Origin: Heterodontus francisci
Lineage: Eukaryota
Direction of reading: 5' to 3'
Assembly (NCBI RefSeq): GCF_036365525.1
Contig: NW_027140825.1
Span: 620,001 to 684,000, forward strand
Length of the DNA: 64,000 nt
A model generated the notes under the pieces. It was not told where the DNA came from. It ran no database searches and worked only from the letters and a program-made list of their open reading frames with translations. The translations under genes were made by a program, and so were the position numbers. This document shows, piece after piece, positions 11,750 through 25,800 of this stretch. Position 1 is the stretch's first letter. Each line of letters opens with the position of its first letter.

Positions 11750-12910
11750 AAATGGGGAAATAGTACAACTTGTTGAGGTTGATGGGAATTCGTTCACAAA
11801 AGCTCCGAGTATCTGATCAGACCTGGATGATGTAATCGTTGCAAACAAAGCCCATTTCAGCCTCAATGTGGAAAGGGGAGAGGGAGATTCATAAAAGGGG
11901 CTCAAAGATCTTCTACCAGCACGTAAATAGTAAGTGAGTAGTAAGAGGTAAAGAGGGGTCAAGTAAGGACGGAGAGTGTAATATGTGCTTTGAGGCACAG
12001 GGCAAAGCTAATATACTTAATGAGAACTTTGTATCAGTGTTCCCGAAGGAACTGGAGGCTGAAAGAGTGTGCAGGGACAGATAGACCTGGGGGTGTATGT
12101 GCACACATCTTTGAAGGTGGCAGGACATAGTGAGAGAGTGGTTAGGAAAACATGTGGGATCTTGGGCTTCATAAATAAAGGCATCGGGTGCAGAAGCAGT
12201 GAAGCTATGCTGAAACTTTATAAAGCTCTGGTTAGGCCCCAAATGGAGAGTTGTGTCCAGTTCTTGTCACCACACTTCAGGAAAGATGTGAGGCTCCTTG
12301 AGAGTGTGCAGAGAAGGTTTACCAGAATGGTTCCAGTGATGGGGGATTTTATTTGCAAGGTTAGGTTGAAAAAGCTGGGGTTGTCCTCCTTAGAACAAAG
12401 GAGGTTTAACAGAAATGTGCAAGATTATGACAATATATACTTAATGGCACAGTTGTAAAGAGTGTGCAGGGACAGAGGGACCTAGGGGTGTATGTGCACA
12501 CATCTTTGAAGGTGGCAGGACATAGTGAGAGCTTGGTTAGGAAAGCATGTGGGATCTTGGGCTTCATAAATAAAGGCACCGGGTACAGATAACTCAGACA
12601 AGGAAAAACGGTTCCCATTAACTAATGGTACAATCAGGAGGTTGAAGGTTTGGGTAAGAGATGCAGGGAAATATGAGGAAGAACTTTCCTTGCACTGAGG
12701 GTGTTAATGACCTGGAACTCACTGCCCACAGGATGGTGGAAGCGGAGATGATCAATGACTTCAAGAGATAGTCGGATAGCCACCTGAGAGAAACAGACTT
12801 GCAGGGCTACAGGGATCGAGCCAGGGGAGTGGACTGACTGCACAGCACCGTGAAGAGCCAGCATGGACCCGATGGTCCGAATGGCCTTCTTCAGTGCCGT
12901 AAATGACTCG
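11750..12910 (+). mobile_element. CR1-type LINE 3' fragments
   Basis: ORF 12069-12458 DLGVYVH...ILGFINKGI...LKLYKALVRPQMESCVQF...LESVQRRFTRMVP is the CR1 RT C-terminus; internal duplication 12060-12190 / 12455-12585. Confidence 0.85.
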
Positions 12911-13779
12911 ATGACTCCTTCAAAAGAAGCAACCCTTGACTCTTCTGTCCTTACAAAATACTGTCCCATCTCCAACCTCCCTTTCCTCTCCGAAATCCTG
13001 GAACAAGCTGTGCCCAGCTTTCCTAGAATTCCATGTTTGAATCCATCAGCCCCTTGCTATGGTTCTGATATTAATCCCAGCCATATCAGTAATGGGTCAG
13101 TATTTGACAATAGCCTGTCAATAACTCCCTCAGATATACAGACTAATGCTTCGAGAAATACACCCTTGGCAATGTTTGACTTGACATTTAAATACAGAGC
13201 CCATCGCAGTCCCATCACTGTCCCAATGTTAGGGTGTGACCAGCAGTCAGTCTCTGGTCCATTGATAGCTGGGCAGAGGCTTCACAATGTCACGTTTCCT
13301 GGTTACACAGAGACTCTCACAGCTCTCTCCCTCTCTCTCTCTCTCTCTGGCTGTCTTCACTCTTGTTTGCCTATGTCCCTGAATATGTACCGGTGCCTTT
13401 TCGGGAGATCCTCTCTGTGCCTCTGATCGAAACAGTCCATTGTCCTCAGTCTGTGAGACTCATCTGACAAGCACGACATCAGTACTGGGTCATATTGGGG
13501 CAATGTGCTCTGTATCCTCTCAGATTAATGGACACTGAGTATCCGACAGAAAATATTCACAGGATAAATACCTCCCACATCAGTAATGTGTCAGTATTGA
13601 GCAATAGGCTGTTTATATTAGATCATAAATGGACACTGAGTGTCCCAGACAGATCATTCTCATGATAAATTGCTTCAATATGTCAGCAACCGTCCAGGAC
13701 CCCAAACTCTCCTTCCAGGTTAAACAGCGATTCACTTGGAATTTCAATTTCAAATAGAAAGAGGGAGTTATTGACAGGC

Positions 13780-14095
13780 TATTTTATATCGTCCCTCACG
13801 ACCACCTGCCAAAGTGCGTCACAGCCAATGAAATGCTTGTTTTGCTGCAGTGTAGTCACTGTTGTAATGTAAGAATCATGGCAGCTGATTTGTGCACAGC
13901 AAGCTCCCACAAACAGCAATGTGAGAATGACCAGGTGATCTGTTTTAATGACGTTGATGGAGGGATAATTATTGGCCAGGACACCAGGGAGAACTCCCCT
14001 GTGTTTCTTCAAAATAGTCCAATGGGACTGTTTATATCCACGGGAGTAAGAGGATGGAGTCTCTGTTTAATGTGACATCTGAAAGAGGGCATCCT
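13780..14095 (-). mobile_element. DeuSINE-like (SacSINE/AmnSINE-type) SINE
   Basis: Recognised core gcacagcaagctcccacaaacagcaatg...ggccaggacaccagggagaactcccctg. Confidence 0.6.
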
Positions 14096-14680
14096 GACAG
14101 TGCAGCACTCACTCAGTACTGCCGCTCTGACAGTGCAGCACTCACTCAGTACTGCCCCTCTGACAGTGCAGCACTCACTCAGTACAGACCCTCTGACAGT
14201 GCAGCACTCACTCAGTACAGACCCTCTGACAGTGCAACACGCCCTCAGTACTGACCCTCTGACAGTGCAGCACTCTCTCAGTACAGACCCTCTGACAGTG
14301 CAACACGCCCTCAGTACTGACCCTCTGACAGTGCAGCACTCTCTCAGTACAGACCCTCTGACAGTGCAGCACTCTCTCAGTACAGACCCTCTGACAGTGC
14401 AACACGCCCTCAGTACTGACCCTCTGACAGTGCAGCACTCTCTCAGTACAGACCCTCTGACAGTGCAACACGCCCTCAGTACTGACCCTCTGACAGTGCA
14501 GCACTCTCTCAGTACAGACCCTCTGACAGTGCAACACGCCCTCAGTACTGACCCTCTGACAGTGCAGCACTCTCTCAGTACAGACCCTCTGACAGTGCAG
14601 CACTCTCTCAGTACAGACCCTCTGACAGTGCAACACGCCCTCAGTACTGACCCTCTGACAGTGCAGCACTCCCTCAGTCC
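14095..14680 (+). repeat. 33-bp minisatellite (gaccctctgacagtgcagcactctctcagtact), ~18 copies
   Basis: 11-aa periodic ORFs (STDPLTVQHSL); reverse copy at 52850-53070. Confidence 0.95.
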
Positions 14681-14689
14681 TGCCCTCAT

Positions 14690-15160
14690 GACTGAAGCTA
14701 TTGTTTCCAGTTTCCGCTCCAATCTCCACTCTTTAACTACTGACTCTATCCCTCTCCCTGGCAGCAGTCTGAGTTTAAGCCAGTCTGTTCGAAAGCCTGG
14801 TGTCACATTTGATGCCGAAATGGGCTTCTGACCTCATGTAGGCACCATCACTAACGCTGCCCATTTCCACCTCTGTAACATCACCCAAACTCGCCCCTGT
14901 TTCAGCTGATCTGCGGCTGAAACCTTCATTCACGCCTTTGTCAGCTCTAGACTTCACAATGTCAAGACACTCCTGATGCTCTCCCACTTTCTGTAAACCT
15001 GAGGTAATCTAAAACTCTTCTGCCTGTGTCTTCAGCTACTCCAAGTCCCGTTCCCCTGTCACTCCTGTGCTCGCTGCCCGACATTGGCTCCCGGTCAAGC
15101 AACATCCACATTTTAAAATTCTCGTCCTTGTCCTCAAATCCCCCCATGGCCTTTCCCCTT
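14690..15160 (+). mobile_element. L2/CR1-type LINE fragment
   Basis: Degenerate RT C-terminus (VRKPGVTFDAEMGF); related fragments at 18710-19230 (minus, TSRLDYSN) and 33640-34300. Confidence 0.65.
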
Positions 15161-16130
15161 CCTATCTCTGTAATCTCCACCAGTCTCTACAACCCTCCCT
15201 ATCTCTGTAACCTCCACCAGTCTCTCCAACCCTCCCTATCTCTGTAACCTCCACCAGTCTCTGCAACCCTCCCTATCTCTGTAACCTCCACCAGTCTCTA
15301 CAACCCTCCCTATCTCTGTAACCTCCACCAGTCTCTACAACCCTCCCTATCTCTGTAACCTCCTCCAGTCTCTACAACCCTCCCTATCTCTGTAACCTCC
15401 ACCAGTCTCTACAACCCTCCCTATCTCTGTAACCTCCTCCAGTCTCTACAACCCTCCCTATCTCTGTAACCTCCTCCAGTCTCTACAACCCTCCCTATCT
15501 CTGTAACCTCCACCAGTCTCTGCAAACCTCCCTATCTCTGTAACCTCCACCAGTCTCTGCAAATTCTCTATCGCTGTAACCACCTCCAGTTCCTACAACC
15601 CTCCCTATCTCTGTAACTGCCTCCATCCCCTAATGCCCTCGCTTCCTCTGTAACGTCCTCCAGCACCTACAACCCTCCCTTGTCTCAATAACCTACTCCA
15701 GCTATTGCAACCCTCCCTATCTCTGTAACTGCCTCCAGCCCGACAACACTCCCTATCGATGTAACCCCCTTCAGTCCCTCCAACTCTCGATATCTCTTTA
15801 ACTTCCTCCAGCCCTGACAGCCCTCCTTATATCTGAAACTTCCTGCAGTCTCAACAACCGTCCCTATCTCTGTAACCTCCTCCACCCATTGCAACCCTCC
15901 CTAACTCTGTAACAGCCTCCAGCCCGAAAACCCTCCCTATCTCTGTATCTGCCTCCAGCCCCAACAGCCCCCCTATCTCTGAAACCTCCTCCAGTCCCTA
16001 GAGCCCTCCATATCTTTTACCACCTCCAGCACCTCGAGCCCTCCCTATTTCTGTAACCTCCACCTGCACCTAAATCCCTCCCTCCCTCTGTAACGTCCTC
16101 CAGCCCCGACAACCTCCCGCAATCTCTGCA
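15160..16130 (+). repeat. ~37-bp minisatellite (caaccctccctatctctgtaacctccaccagtctcta)
   Basis: Tandem units; same family at 37660-37980 and 52140-52845 (reverse). Confidence 0.92.
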
Positions 16131-16539
16131 CTCCTCTAATACTGGGCTTTTGAGCAACCCCGACCTTAATCGTTCAACCACTGGTGGCCGCAGCAGGGAC
16201 ATTGATATCTGCTCAGGGGCCTCACAGTGTCGTGTGTACTGCCTACACAAGCCTTCTCCCAGCTCTCTGGCTTTGCTCATTGTTGTTTGCATATGTTGCT
16301 GAATGTGTACCTGTGGCCTGTGGGAGATCTTATCTGTGCCTCTGATATGAACAGTCCACTGTTCTACGACTGTGAGCATCTTCTGACAAACATTTTTACT
16401 TTGCAGGTATTTTATCAGCTGCCATAGAGCAGGAAGGACACAGAGGAGCAGAGCTGAAAAGAAATAACTGAGGGTGAAAAAAATTATGTGATGATTTGAG
16501 ACTTTAACTACCCCGATATTGAATTGGGCAGTCAGTAAG

Positions 16540-18145
16540 ATTATACGAAATGGGAGCAAGGAGTAGGCCATTCGGCCCCTCGAACCTGCTCAGCCATTCT
16601 ATAAGATCATGGATGATCTGATTGTCGCTTTAACTCCACTTTCCTTTCTGCCCTCTATAACCATGACACCCTTGTAGAATCAAAATCTGTCAAACTCAGG
16701 CTTGAATATATTCAATGACCCAGCCTCCGTTGCTCTCCAGGGAACGGAGTTCCACAGACTCACAATTCTCTGAGAGAAAAATATCCTCCGCATCTCCGTC
16801 TTAAATGGGAGACCCCCTTATTCTGAAATTGTGCCCCCAAGTTCTAGATTCCCCCACGAGGAGGAACATCCACTCAGCATCTACCCAGTCAAGCCCTGTC
16901 AGAATCTTACATGGTTCATTTTTCTAAACTGCAATGAGTATCTGCCCAACCTCTTCAAACGTTCCTCATAATAATCGTAGAATCACAGAACTGTGACCAC
17001 GCAGAAGGAGGCCATTCGGCCCATCGTGTCTGCACCGGCTCTCTGAAAGTGCAACTCCCTCAGTTCCACTCCCCCGGCCTCTTCCTGGAACCCTGCAAAT
17101 TCTTCCATTTTATGTAACTGTCTAATTTTATTTTAAATGTTTCAGATGAATCTGCCTCCACCATGTTCTCAAGCAGCGCATTCCAGAGCTTAACCACTCG
17201 CTGCATGAAAACTTGTTTCCTCATGTCACTTTTGCTTCTCTTACCAAATACTTTAAATCTGTGCCCTCTCGTTCTCGATCCTTTCACGAGTGGAAACAGT
17301 GTCTACTCTGTCCAGGCCCCTCATGATTTTGAATATCTCTCTCAAATCACCTCCCAGCCTTCTCGTCTCCAAGGAAAACTGTCCTAACTTCTCCAATCTA
17401 TCTTCATAACTGAAATTCCTCAACCCTGGAACCATTCTTGTGCATCTCGTCTGTACTCTCTCAAATGCCCTCACATCTTTTCTCAAGTGCAACACCTAGA
17501 ATTGGAGTCAATACTCCAGCTGAGGACAAACTAGTGTCTTATACGGGTTCAACATAACTTCCTTGCTCTTGTAATCTATGCCCCTATTAATATAGCCCAG
17601 GATACTGTATGCTTTATCAACCACTCTCTCAACCAGTCCTGCCATCTTCAATGACTGATGCACAGATACACACAGGTCTCTCTGCTCCTTCACCCCCTTT
17701 AGAATTGTAACCTCGATTCGATATTGTCTCTCCATGTTCTTGCGACCAAAATTAATCACTTCAAATTTCTCCACATTGAACCTCATCTGTCACTTGTCCG
17801 CCCATTCCACCAACTTGTCTCTGTCCTTGTGAAGTTCTACACTATCCTCCTCACAGTTCACAATGCTTCCAAGTTTCGTATCATCTGCAAATTTTGAAAT
17901 TGTGCCCTGTACACCGAGGTCTTTGACATTAATATATATCAGGAAAAGCAAGGGTCCCAACACTGATCCTGGGGAACTCCACTACAAACCTTTCTCCAGC
18001 CCGAAAAACATCCATTAACCACTATTCTCTGTTTCCTGTCACTCAGCCAATTTCGTAATCCATGTTGCTACCGTCCTCTGTATTCCAAGAGCTACATGTT
18101 TGCTCACAAGTCTGATGCGTGGAACTGTATCAAATGCCTTTTGAA
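16540..18145 (-). mobile_element. CR1-type LINE fragments
   Basis: ORFs MRFNVEKFEVINFGRKN...RDLCVSVH...LVCPQLEY and ERVQTRCTRMVPGLRNFSYEDRLEKLG. Confidence 0.85.
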
Positions 18146-19859
18146 AGGCCAGGATTTCTCATTTTCCTCTGTCAGGCCTTGAATGAGCTGGATTATCCAG
18201 GGTGGAAGCACAGACCAGAATAGAATGGAGTAGCACAAGGTTTGGGGAATGCTGGGCAGTCCCACTACGTACAGTCACATCCCTTATGATCTCAGCCCTC
18301 AGCAATCATTTAACAGTGAGTGTTCCCTCCCTGAACAAAAAAACACTGGATTTCCATGATCAGATGGGAAAGCCATTCCAGCAAAATCAATCAGCTTCTT
18401 GAGACGGTCAGGTTCAATATTCATAGATATATTGAGCAGACAGAGAATGCAATAAAACTTTAAACACACAGTTTACAATCAGATTTGCAATCACACTGGG
18501 TGGTCAGGGAGTCAAACACGTTAAAAGGCCTTTCCATGCTGCAGCTCTCCTTGTTTGAATGTCCATCAATGGAAGATACACAGCCATGTTCACTTATTGC
18601 AGACGTTTTACATTGTTGCACGAGAGAGTTGTGACCAATGAGTCATTTCACAACAGTTCAACAGACTGATCAGGATGTTAATATTGGGAAATTGGAGAGG
18701 AGCAGGGAGTCAGTGAATGGCAATAGTTCCAGGGGTTATGGGTGAACAGGGTTCGGAGTGAGTGAAGACACAGGCAGCAAATGTTTGTATGAGTAAAAGA
18801 TCAGGAAGTGTGAAGGATGTGCGGTTGGCCAGGAGAGTATTGGAATAGTCCAGTCTGGAGGTAACAGAGGCACGGATGAGGGTTCCAGCAGCAGATGAGC
18901 TGAAGCAGGGGCGGTGTCGAGAGATGGTGTGGAGGTGGAAATGGACAGTCTTGGTGATGGTGTGGATATGTGGTCGGAAACTCATCTCGGGGTCAAACAC
19001 AACAACAAAGGCTAAAAACTGTCTTGATCAGTTTCAGACAGGTACCAGAGATGGTGTCGGTGGTCCAAGAATGACATTTGTGTCGGGGATCACAGACAAT
19101 GGCTTCAGTCTTCCCAATATTTAGTAGGAGAAAATAACTGCTCATCCAGTATTGGATGTTAGACAAGCAGTGTGGCAGAGCAGAGACAATGGAAGCATTC
19201 ACAGAGGTGTTATTGAGATGGAGTGTTGTCAGCATTAGGTTCCTGAGCTCAGTATAACTCCCTTCCTTTGTTATTAAACATTTGACATATGCCACACATA
19301 AATGCTTTGTACTCAATGAAAGCTTTCCTTTTCAATATATTTTGATTCTGCAAAGTTCAGCATCAACCAATCCCCCATTCTGCATGAACCCTCAATTTAA
19401 AAGATGTTATCTACCCTGAGGTCCTCCTTGGACAAGGACCAACTGTTTTCCTTGCCCCTATTCTCAGTGCTGACAGCTCCATGAAGTTTAGGGACCTCTA
19501 CTCAATGGTAGATCTTTAAAGAAACTCCCTCATTAAACCTGAGATCACTTCATCCTGAAACTGGCCAGAGCTGTCAGGTTAGTCTGGGTTCAGCTGACCA
19601 GTGGTCACTGTACACAAATGGGATCGTAGTTCTCTATTTAACAAAGCAATAGCGTAAAGCTCCCACACCCCTGCAGTATAAAGACAGACCAATTACAGTT
19701 TAACATTAGCATACTTCTAGTCGGAGATTAACCCTTTGCTGACAATTTCCTTGAGTTAAACAAGGTGAAGATAAGATGGTACAGTGATTGAGTGAGGATG
19801 TAAAACACACAGAGACTGGATCACACGTGTCGGGTGCTTGTTGACATGTCCAAACACCT

Positions 19860-22800
19860 TCACACTTCCACAGGCTCACTAGCCGAGCACTGAACGTCTT
19901 CTGGATCCAATTCGAGCTTCGTGTGTGGACACTGATCCTGGAACATGTGCTTCATCTGCATCACAGAGAGGAGAAACGATGAGTATTACTGCAAAGGGAG
20001 GAGTGAATAGAAAGAGACAGAGAGGATACAGACAGAGATCGGGAGAGAGGGTGGGGGCAAGACAGTGAGAGACAGGGTGAGGCAAAGATACTCAGATAGA
20101 GGGAGAGAAGGAGAGAGAGGGTGGGAGAGCTACAGGGATTGAGACAGAGGTAGAGAAACAGAGTGCGTGAGAGCGAGAGGTCGTCAGAGATGCAGTGAGG
20201 GAGAGACAGACACAGACAGAAAGAAAGACAAAGAAAGAGAAATACAGAGTGGGTGAGCGAGGCAGAGAAAGAGACAGAGATAGAAAGGACATAAAGAGAG
20301 AATGGGGAGAGTGAGAGGGAAGACCAGAGAGAGGTTACCGTACAACGAGGAGGCCATTCATCCCCTCGAGTCTGTTACACAGGAACAGGAGGAGGCCATT
20401 CAGCCCCTCTTTCGAGTTAATGCACAGGAACAGGAGAAGGCCATTCAGCCCCCTCACCCCCTCTCCAGCCTTTCACACAGGCTCAGGAGGAAGCCCATTC
20501 AACCCCTCACAAGCCTGATCTGGGGGACCAGAAGATAAGCAGAGGGGGAATTAGAGCTGTTTAAATAATGACCTGGAGTTCCCATTCAGTGAATACAGAC
20601 AGTGAGAGGGAGGATCTGTTGTCTCCCGTGTTTCTCCTCAGTACAGTGCAGTCTCTTACCCTCTCCACAACGATTCTCTTTGCAGTTTCATCATCCAGAT
20701 CAGTCATTGAAGTGATCTTCACATTAATCCTCTTGTATTTGGTATCTAAACACAACAGTCACAACATCAACAGGTTGAACACACCCAGAGTTTAGCACAG
20801 GGCACGGGACGTATTTCGAATGATCTCTCCTCTCTAATTTAAACTCTCTTTCCTCCAGTTTGTCATCCACTCGTTTGTTCATCAGTCTCTGTTATTCTCT
20901 CTATCTCAACTCGTCTTGCCTCTAATCTGCCCTCCCTGTGTTATCATCCTCTATCCTGCACTCTCTTCTCTGTTGCCTCTTGTTCCATCTCCCAGGATCA
21001 TTTGCATTCCGTGTTTACTCCGGTCTCACTGCCCTTTTCTCTGTCTCTGTCGATCACTCTCACTCTCTCTCTCTCTCTGATGCTCTCTGTCCCTCTGACA
21101 AAGACAAAGACAGAGAGACAGACAAAGAGCATCTGTGAGAGAGACAGAGAAAGAGTAAGTGAGAGTCAGAGAGACAGACAGGGAGACAGAACATCAGAGA
21201 GAGTGGGAGACAGAGTGAGGTGAAAGAGGGAGCTGGAGAAACTGAGAACCACATAGGAGAGAGGCGGTTACAGAAATGAAATATATTTATATATGCGTGT
21301 GAAAGGCAGATAAAGGAGAAACAGAGAGACAGAGATAAAACTGAGAGTTACAGAGAGAGCGATGTGAGATAGAAGCTCAAAGATATTTCTGAAGGAATTT
21401 CTGGACGTTTACGTTTCTGTGTTTCCCAATGTATCCAGTCATACTGAACACAAGCGACTGCAACTCTTGTCTGACAGCACAGACTAGGCAGAGAGAGAGA
21501 GAGTGAGAACGATGGGTTTCCCTACACAGAACGATCACACAGCTGTTTGGAGGCCCTCGGTCCTGATATATTTGTGCCAGACTGAGACAGGAGGAGGGAT
21601 TTAATATTCCTGAAATGTGGAGAATCTGAAATGTTCCCACCATCATCAGAAACAGGCTGGGAGTCGGGAGGTTCCTCGGGAGTAGACGGAATCCCCGAGT
21701 CTGTGAGGGTCAAATAAAGACAAGAGGAATTTCACTGGGATTCAGAACGCTGGATGAGTGGACAGAAGTGTTTCAACACAGAACCTCCTCTCGTATGTAA
21801 TCTAACTCCCTCGACACACTGAATCAATGTATACCAGCCTTTACTGAGGGGGGACACAAGATATCATCGGCTGCAGAATCAGTTACTACTCCAACAAGAA
21901 ACAAAAACTAACAGAGAAAACTCAGGAGATTATCAAAATGATCAGCGAAACGACAGGGGGAAAGTGGAGTCAGAGAACAACAGAGAGCAGGAGTGAGAGA
22001 AAAGGAGGGAAGGCGACAGGTGTGAGACAGAAAAGAGTAAGGGAGATCTGGAATGAGTGTGAACAAGAGTGAGAAAAGAAAACAGCACTGTAATGTTCCC
22101 CTTAATCAATACTGATACCCCTCCTCCTTTCCTTCCTCCCCTCTCTTTCCTGAACACCTTGTAGTCAGGAATATTCACTACCCAGTCCTGCCCCTCTTCG
22201 AGCCAGGACCCTGTAATTGCCACAACATCATATTTCCACGTGGCTATCTGCGCCTGAAGCTCAACAACCTTATTTACCACTCTCATTGCATTCACATACA
22301 CACACATTAAACTGAATTTACAGCTCATCACCTTTCCTCTTACACTGTCCCCGTCTCATACGATACTCTTATCGACTCCTTTGTTATCTGTCCCTCCTAA
22401 TTCTCTGTGCATCTATGTTTTGCTCTCTAATATTGCTCAGACCACTGTTTTTCCTGATGTATATTAATGACATAGACTGGGGCGGACAGGGCACACTTTC
22501 AAAATCTGCAGATGACACAAAACGTGGAAGTATTGTGAACTGTGAGGAGGATAGCAATAGACGTCAGGAGGTTATAGACAGGCTGGTGGGATGGGCAGAC
22601 ACTGGCAAATGAAATTTATCACAGAGAATTGTGAAGTGATTCATTTTTGGTCAGACGAACGAGAGGCAATATAAAATAAAGGATACAATTCTAAAGGAGA
22701 TGCTGGGGCAGTGGGACCTGGGGGGACATGTGCACAAATCATTGAAGGTGGCAAGACAGGTCGAGAGAGCTGTCAATACTTAGGAAGGATGTTAAGGTAT

Positions 22801-25800
22801 TCGAGAGGGTGCAGAGAAGATTTACCAGAATGGCTCCCGGGATGAGGGACGTCAGTGACATGAATAGATCGGAGAAGCTGGGGCTGTTCTCCCTGGAGAA
22901 GAGACGATTAAGACGAGATTTGAGCAAGATGTTCATAATCAAGAGGGAACTGGACAGAGTAGTCAGGGAAAAACTGTTCCTCTTGGTGGGAGGATCCAGA
23001 ACTAGAGAGCAACGGTTTTAGGTGAGTGGTAAAAGTCACAACAGAGACAGGGAAACCTTTTCACACAGTGAGTGGTTAGGATCTGAAATGCACTGCATGA
23101 GAGTGTGCTGGAGGCAGGTTTAATTGAGGCTTTCAAAAGGGAATTGGATAATTGTCATTGGAGATATAATCTGCAGGGCGACAGGAAAATGGCAGGAGTG
23201 GGAGTAGGTGAGTTGCACTGCCAGAGAGCTGGCTCAGTGAAGATGGGCTGAACAGAAACTTTCTGTGCCGTAACCAGTCTTTGATTCCATGATTCTGCGA
23301 TGATAACCCCACAAAGCAGATACCTTAGCTTCTAGAGCCCGCTGGGGTAGTGGATGAAACCTCAGTAGATTCTCTAGTCGATTGTTCCTCGGATTCCTGA
23401 GTTTGAGCATCATGCTGCCCTCAGTCTCTATCACACACCCCTCAGTCACTGCATTACACTCACCTCAGTCACTTTATCACATTCCCCTCAGTCACTGTAT
23501 CACACTCTCCTCAGTCGCTGTATCCCTGTCCCGTCAGTCGCTGTATCACACTCTCCTCAGTCGCTGTCTCACACTCCCTTCAGCTCACTGTATCACAATC
23601 CCCTCAGTCACTGCATTATATTCCCTTCAGTCACTGCATTCCACTCTCCTCAGACAGTGTATCACACTCGACTCAGTCACTGTATCACACTCCCCCAAAC
23701 ACTGTATCACACACCCTTCAGTTCACCGTATCCCACTCCCCTCAGACAGTGTCTCACACTCCCCTCAGACAGTGTATCACACTCCCCTCAGTCACTGTAT
23801 CCCACTCCCCACAGACAGTGTCTCACACTCCCCTCAGACACTGTAGCGCAGTCCCCTCAGTCACTGTATCACACTCCCTTCAGTCACTGTATCCCACTCC
23901 CCTCAGTCAGTGTATCACACTCCCCTCAGACACTGTATCGCACTCCCCTCAGACACTGTATCGCACTCCCTTCAGTCACTGTATCCCACTCCCCTCAGTC
24001 AGTGTATCACACTCCCCTCAGTCACTGCATCCCACACCCCTCAGTCACTGTACCACACTCCCTTCAGTCACTGTATCCCACTCCCCTCAGTCAGTGTATC
24101 ACTCTCCCCTCCGTAACTGTATCACACTCCCCTCAGTCACTGCATCACACTCCCTGAGTGACTGTATCACACACCCCTCAGTCACTGCATCACACTCCCC
24201 TCTGTCACTGTATCACACTTCCTCTGTCATTGTATCATACTAACCTCAGACACTGTATCACACTCCCCTCAGTCACTGTATCACACTCCCTGAGTCACTG
24301 TATCACACTACCCTCTGTCACTGTATCACACTCCCCTCAGTCACTGTATCACACTCCCCTCAGTCGCTGTATCACACTCCCCTCAGTCGCTGTATCACAT
24401 TCCCCTCAGTCACTGTATCACACTACCCTCTGTCACTGTATCACATCCCCCTCAGACACTGTGTCCCACTCACCTCAGTCAGTGTATCACACTCCCCTCC
24501 GTAACTGTATCACACTGCCCTCAGTCACTGTATCACACTCCCCTCAGTCTCTGTATCACACTCCCCTCAGTCTCTGTATCACACTCCCCTCAGTCACTGT
24601 ATCACACTCCCCTCAGTCTCTGTATCACACTCCCCTCAGTCACTGTATCACACTCCCCTCAGTGACTGTATCACACTACCCTCTGTCACTGTATCACACT
24701 CCCCTCAGTCACTGTATCACACTCCCCTCAGTGACTGTATCACACTACCCTCTGTCACTGTATCACATCCCCCTCAGTCACTGTATCACACTCCCCTCAG
24801 TCACAGTATCACACTCCCCTCAGTCACAGTATCACACTCCCCTCAGTCTCTGCATCACACTCCCCTCAGTCACTGTATCACACTCCCCTCAGTCGCTGTA
24901 TCACACTCCCCTCAGTCACTGTATCACACTCCCCTCAGTCACTGTATCACACTCCCCTCAGTCTCTGCATCACACTCCCCTCAGTCACTGTATCACACTC
25001 CCCTCAGTCACTGTATCACACTCCCCTCAGTCTCTGCATCACACTCCCCTCAGTCACTGTATCACATCCCCCTCAGTCACTGTATCACACTCCCCTCAGT
25101 CACTGTATCACACTCCCCTCAGTCTCTGCATCACACTCCCCTCAGTCACTGTATCACACTCCCCTCAGTCGCTGTATCACACTTCCCTCAGTCACTGTAT
25201 CACACTCCCCTCAGTCGCTGTATCACACTCCCCTCAGTGACTGTATCACACTCCCCTCAGTCACTGTATCACACTCCCCTCAGTCGCTGTATCACACTCC
25301 CCTCAGTCGCTGTATCACACTCCCCTCAGTCACTGTAACACACTCCCTCAGTCACTGTATCACACTCCCCTCAGTCACTGTATCACACTCCCTCAGTCAC
25401 TGTATCACACTCCCCTCAGTCACTGTATCACACTCCCTCAGTCACTGTATCACACTCCCCTCAGTCACTGTATCACATCCCCCTCAGTCACTGTATCACA
25501 CTCCCCTCAGTCACTGTATCACATCCCCCTCAGACACTGTATCACACTACCCTCTGTCACTGTATCACACTCCCCTCAGTGACTGCATCATACTACCCTC
25601 AGACACTGTATCACACTCCCCTCAGTCACTGTGTCCCACTCACCTCAGACACTGTATCACACTCCCCTCAGTCACTGTGTCCCACTCACCTCAGTCAGTG
25701 TATCACACTCCCCTCAGTCACTGTGTCCCACTCACCTCAGTCAGTGTATCACACTCCCCTCAGTCACTGTATCACACTCCCTGAGTGACTGTATCACACC

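Noticed and set aside
14009-14831. Long periodic ORFs, and regular repeats that could suggest a CRISPR-like array
   Set aside because: Pure 33-bp tandem minisatellite without unique spacers, open on both strands, in vertebrate DNA.
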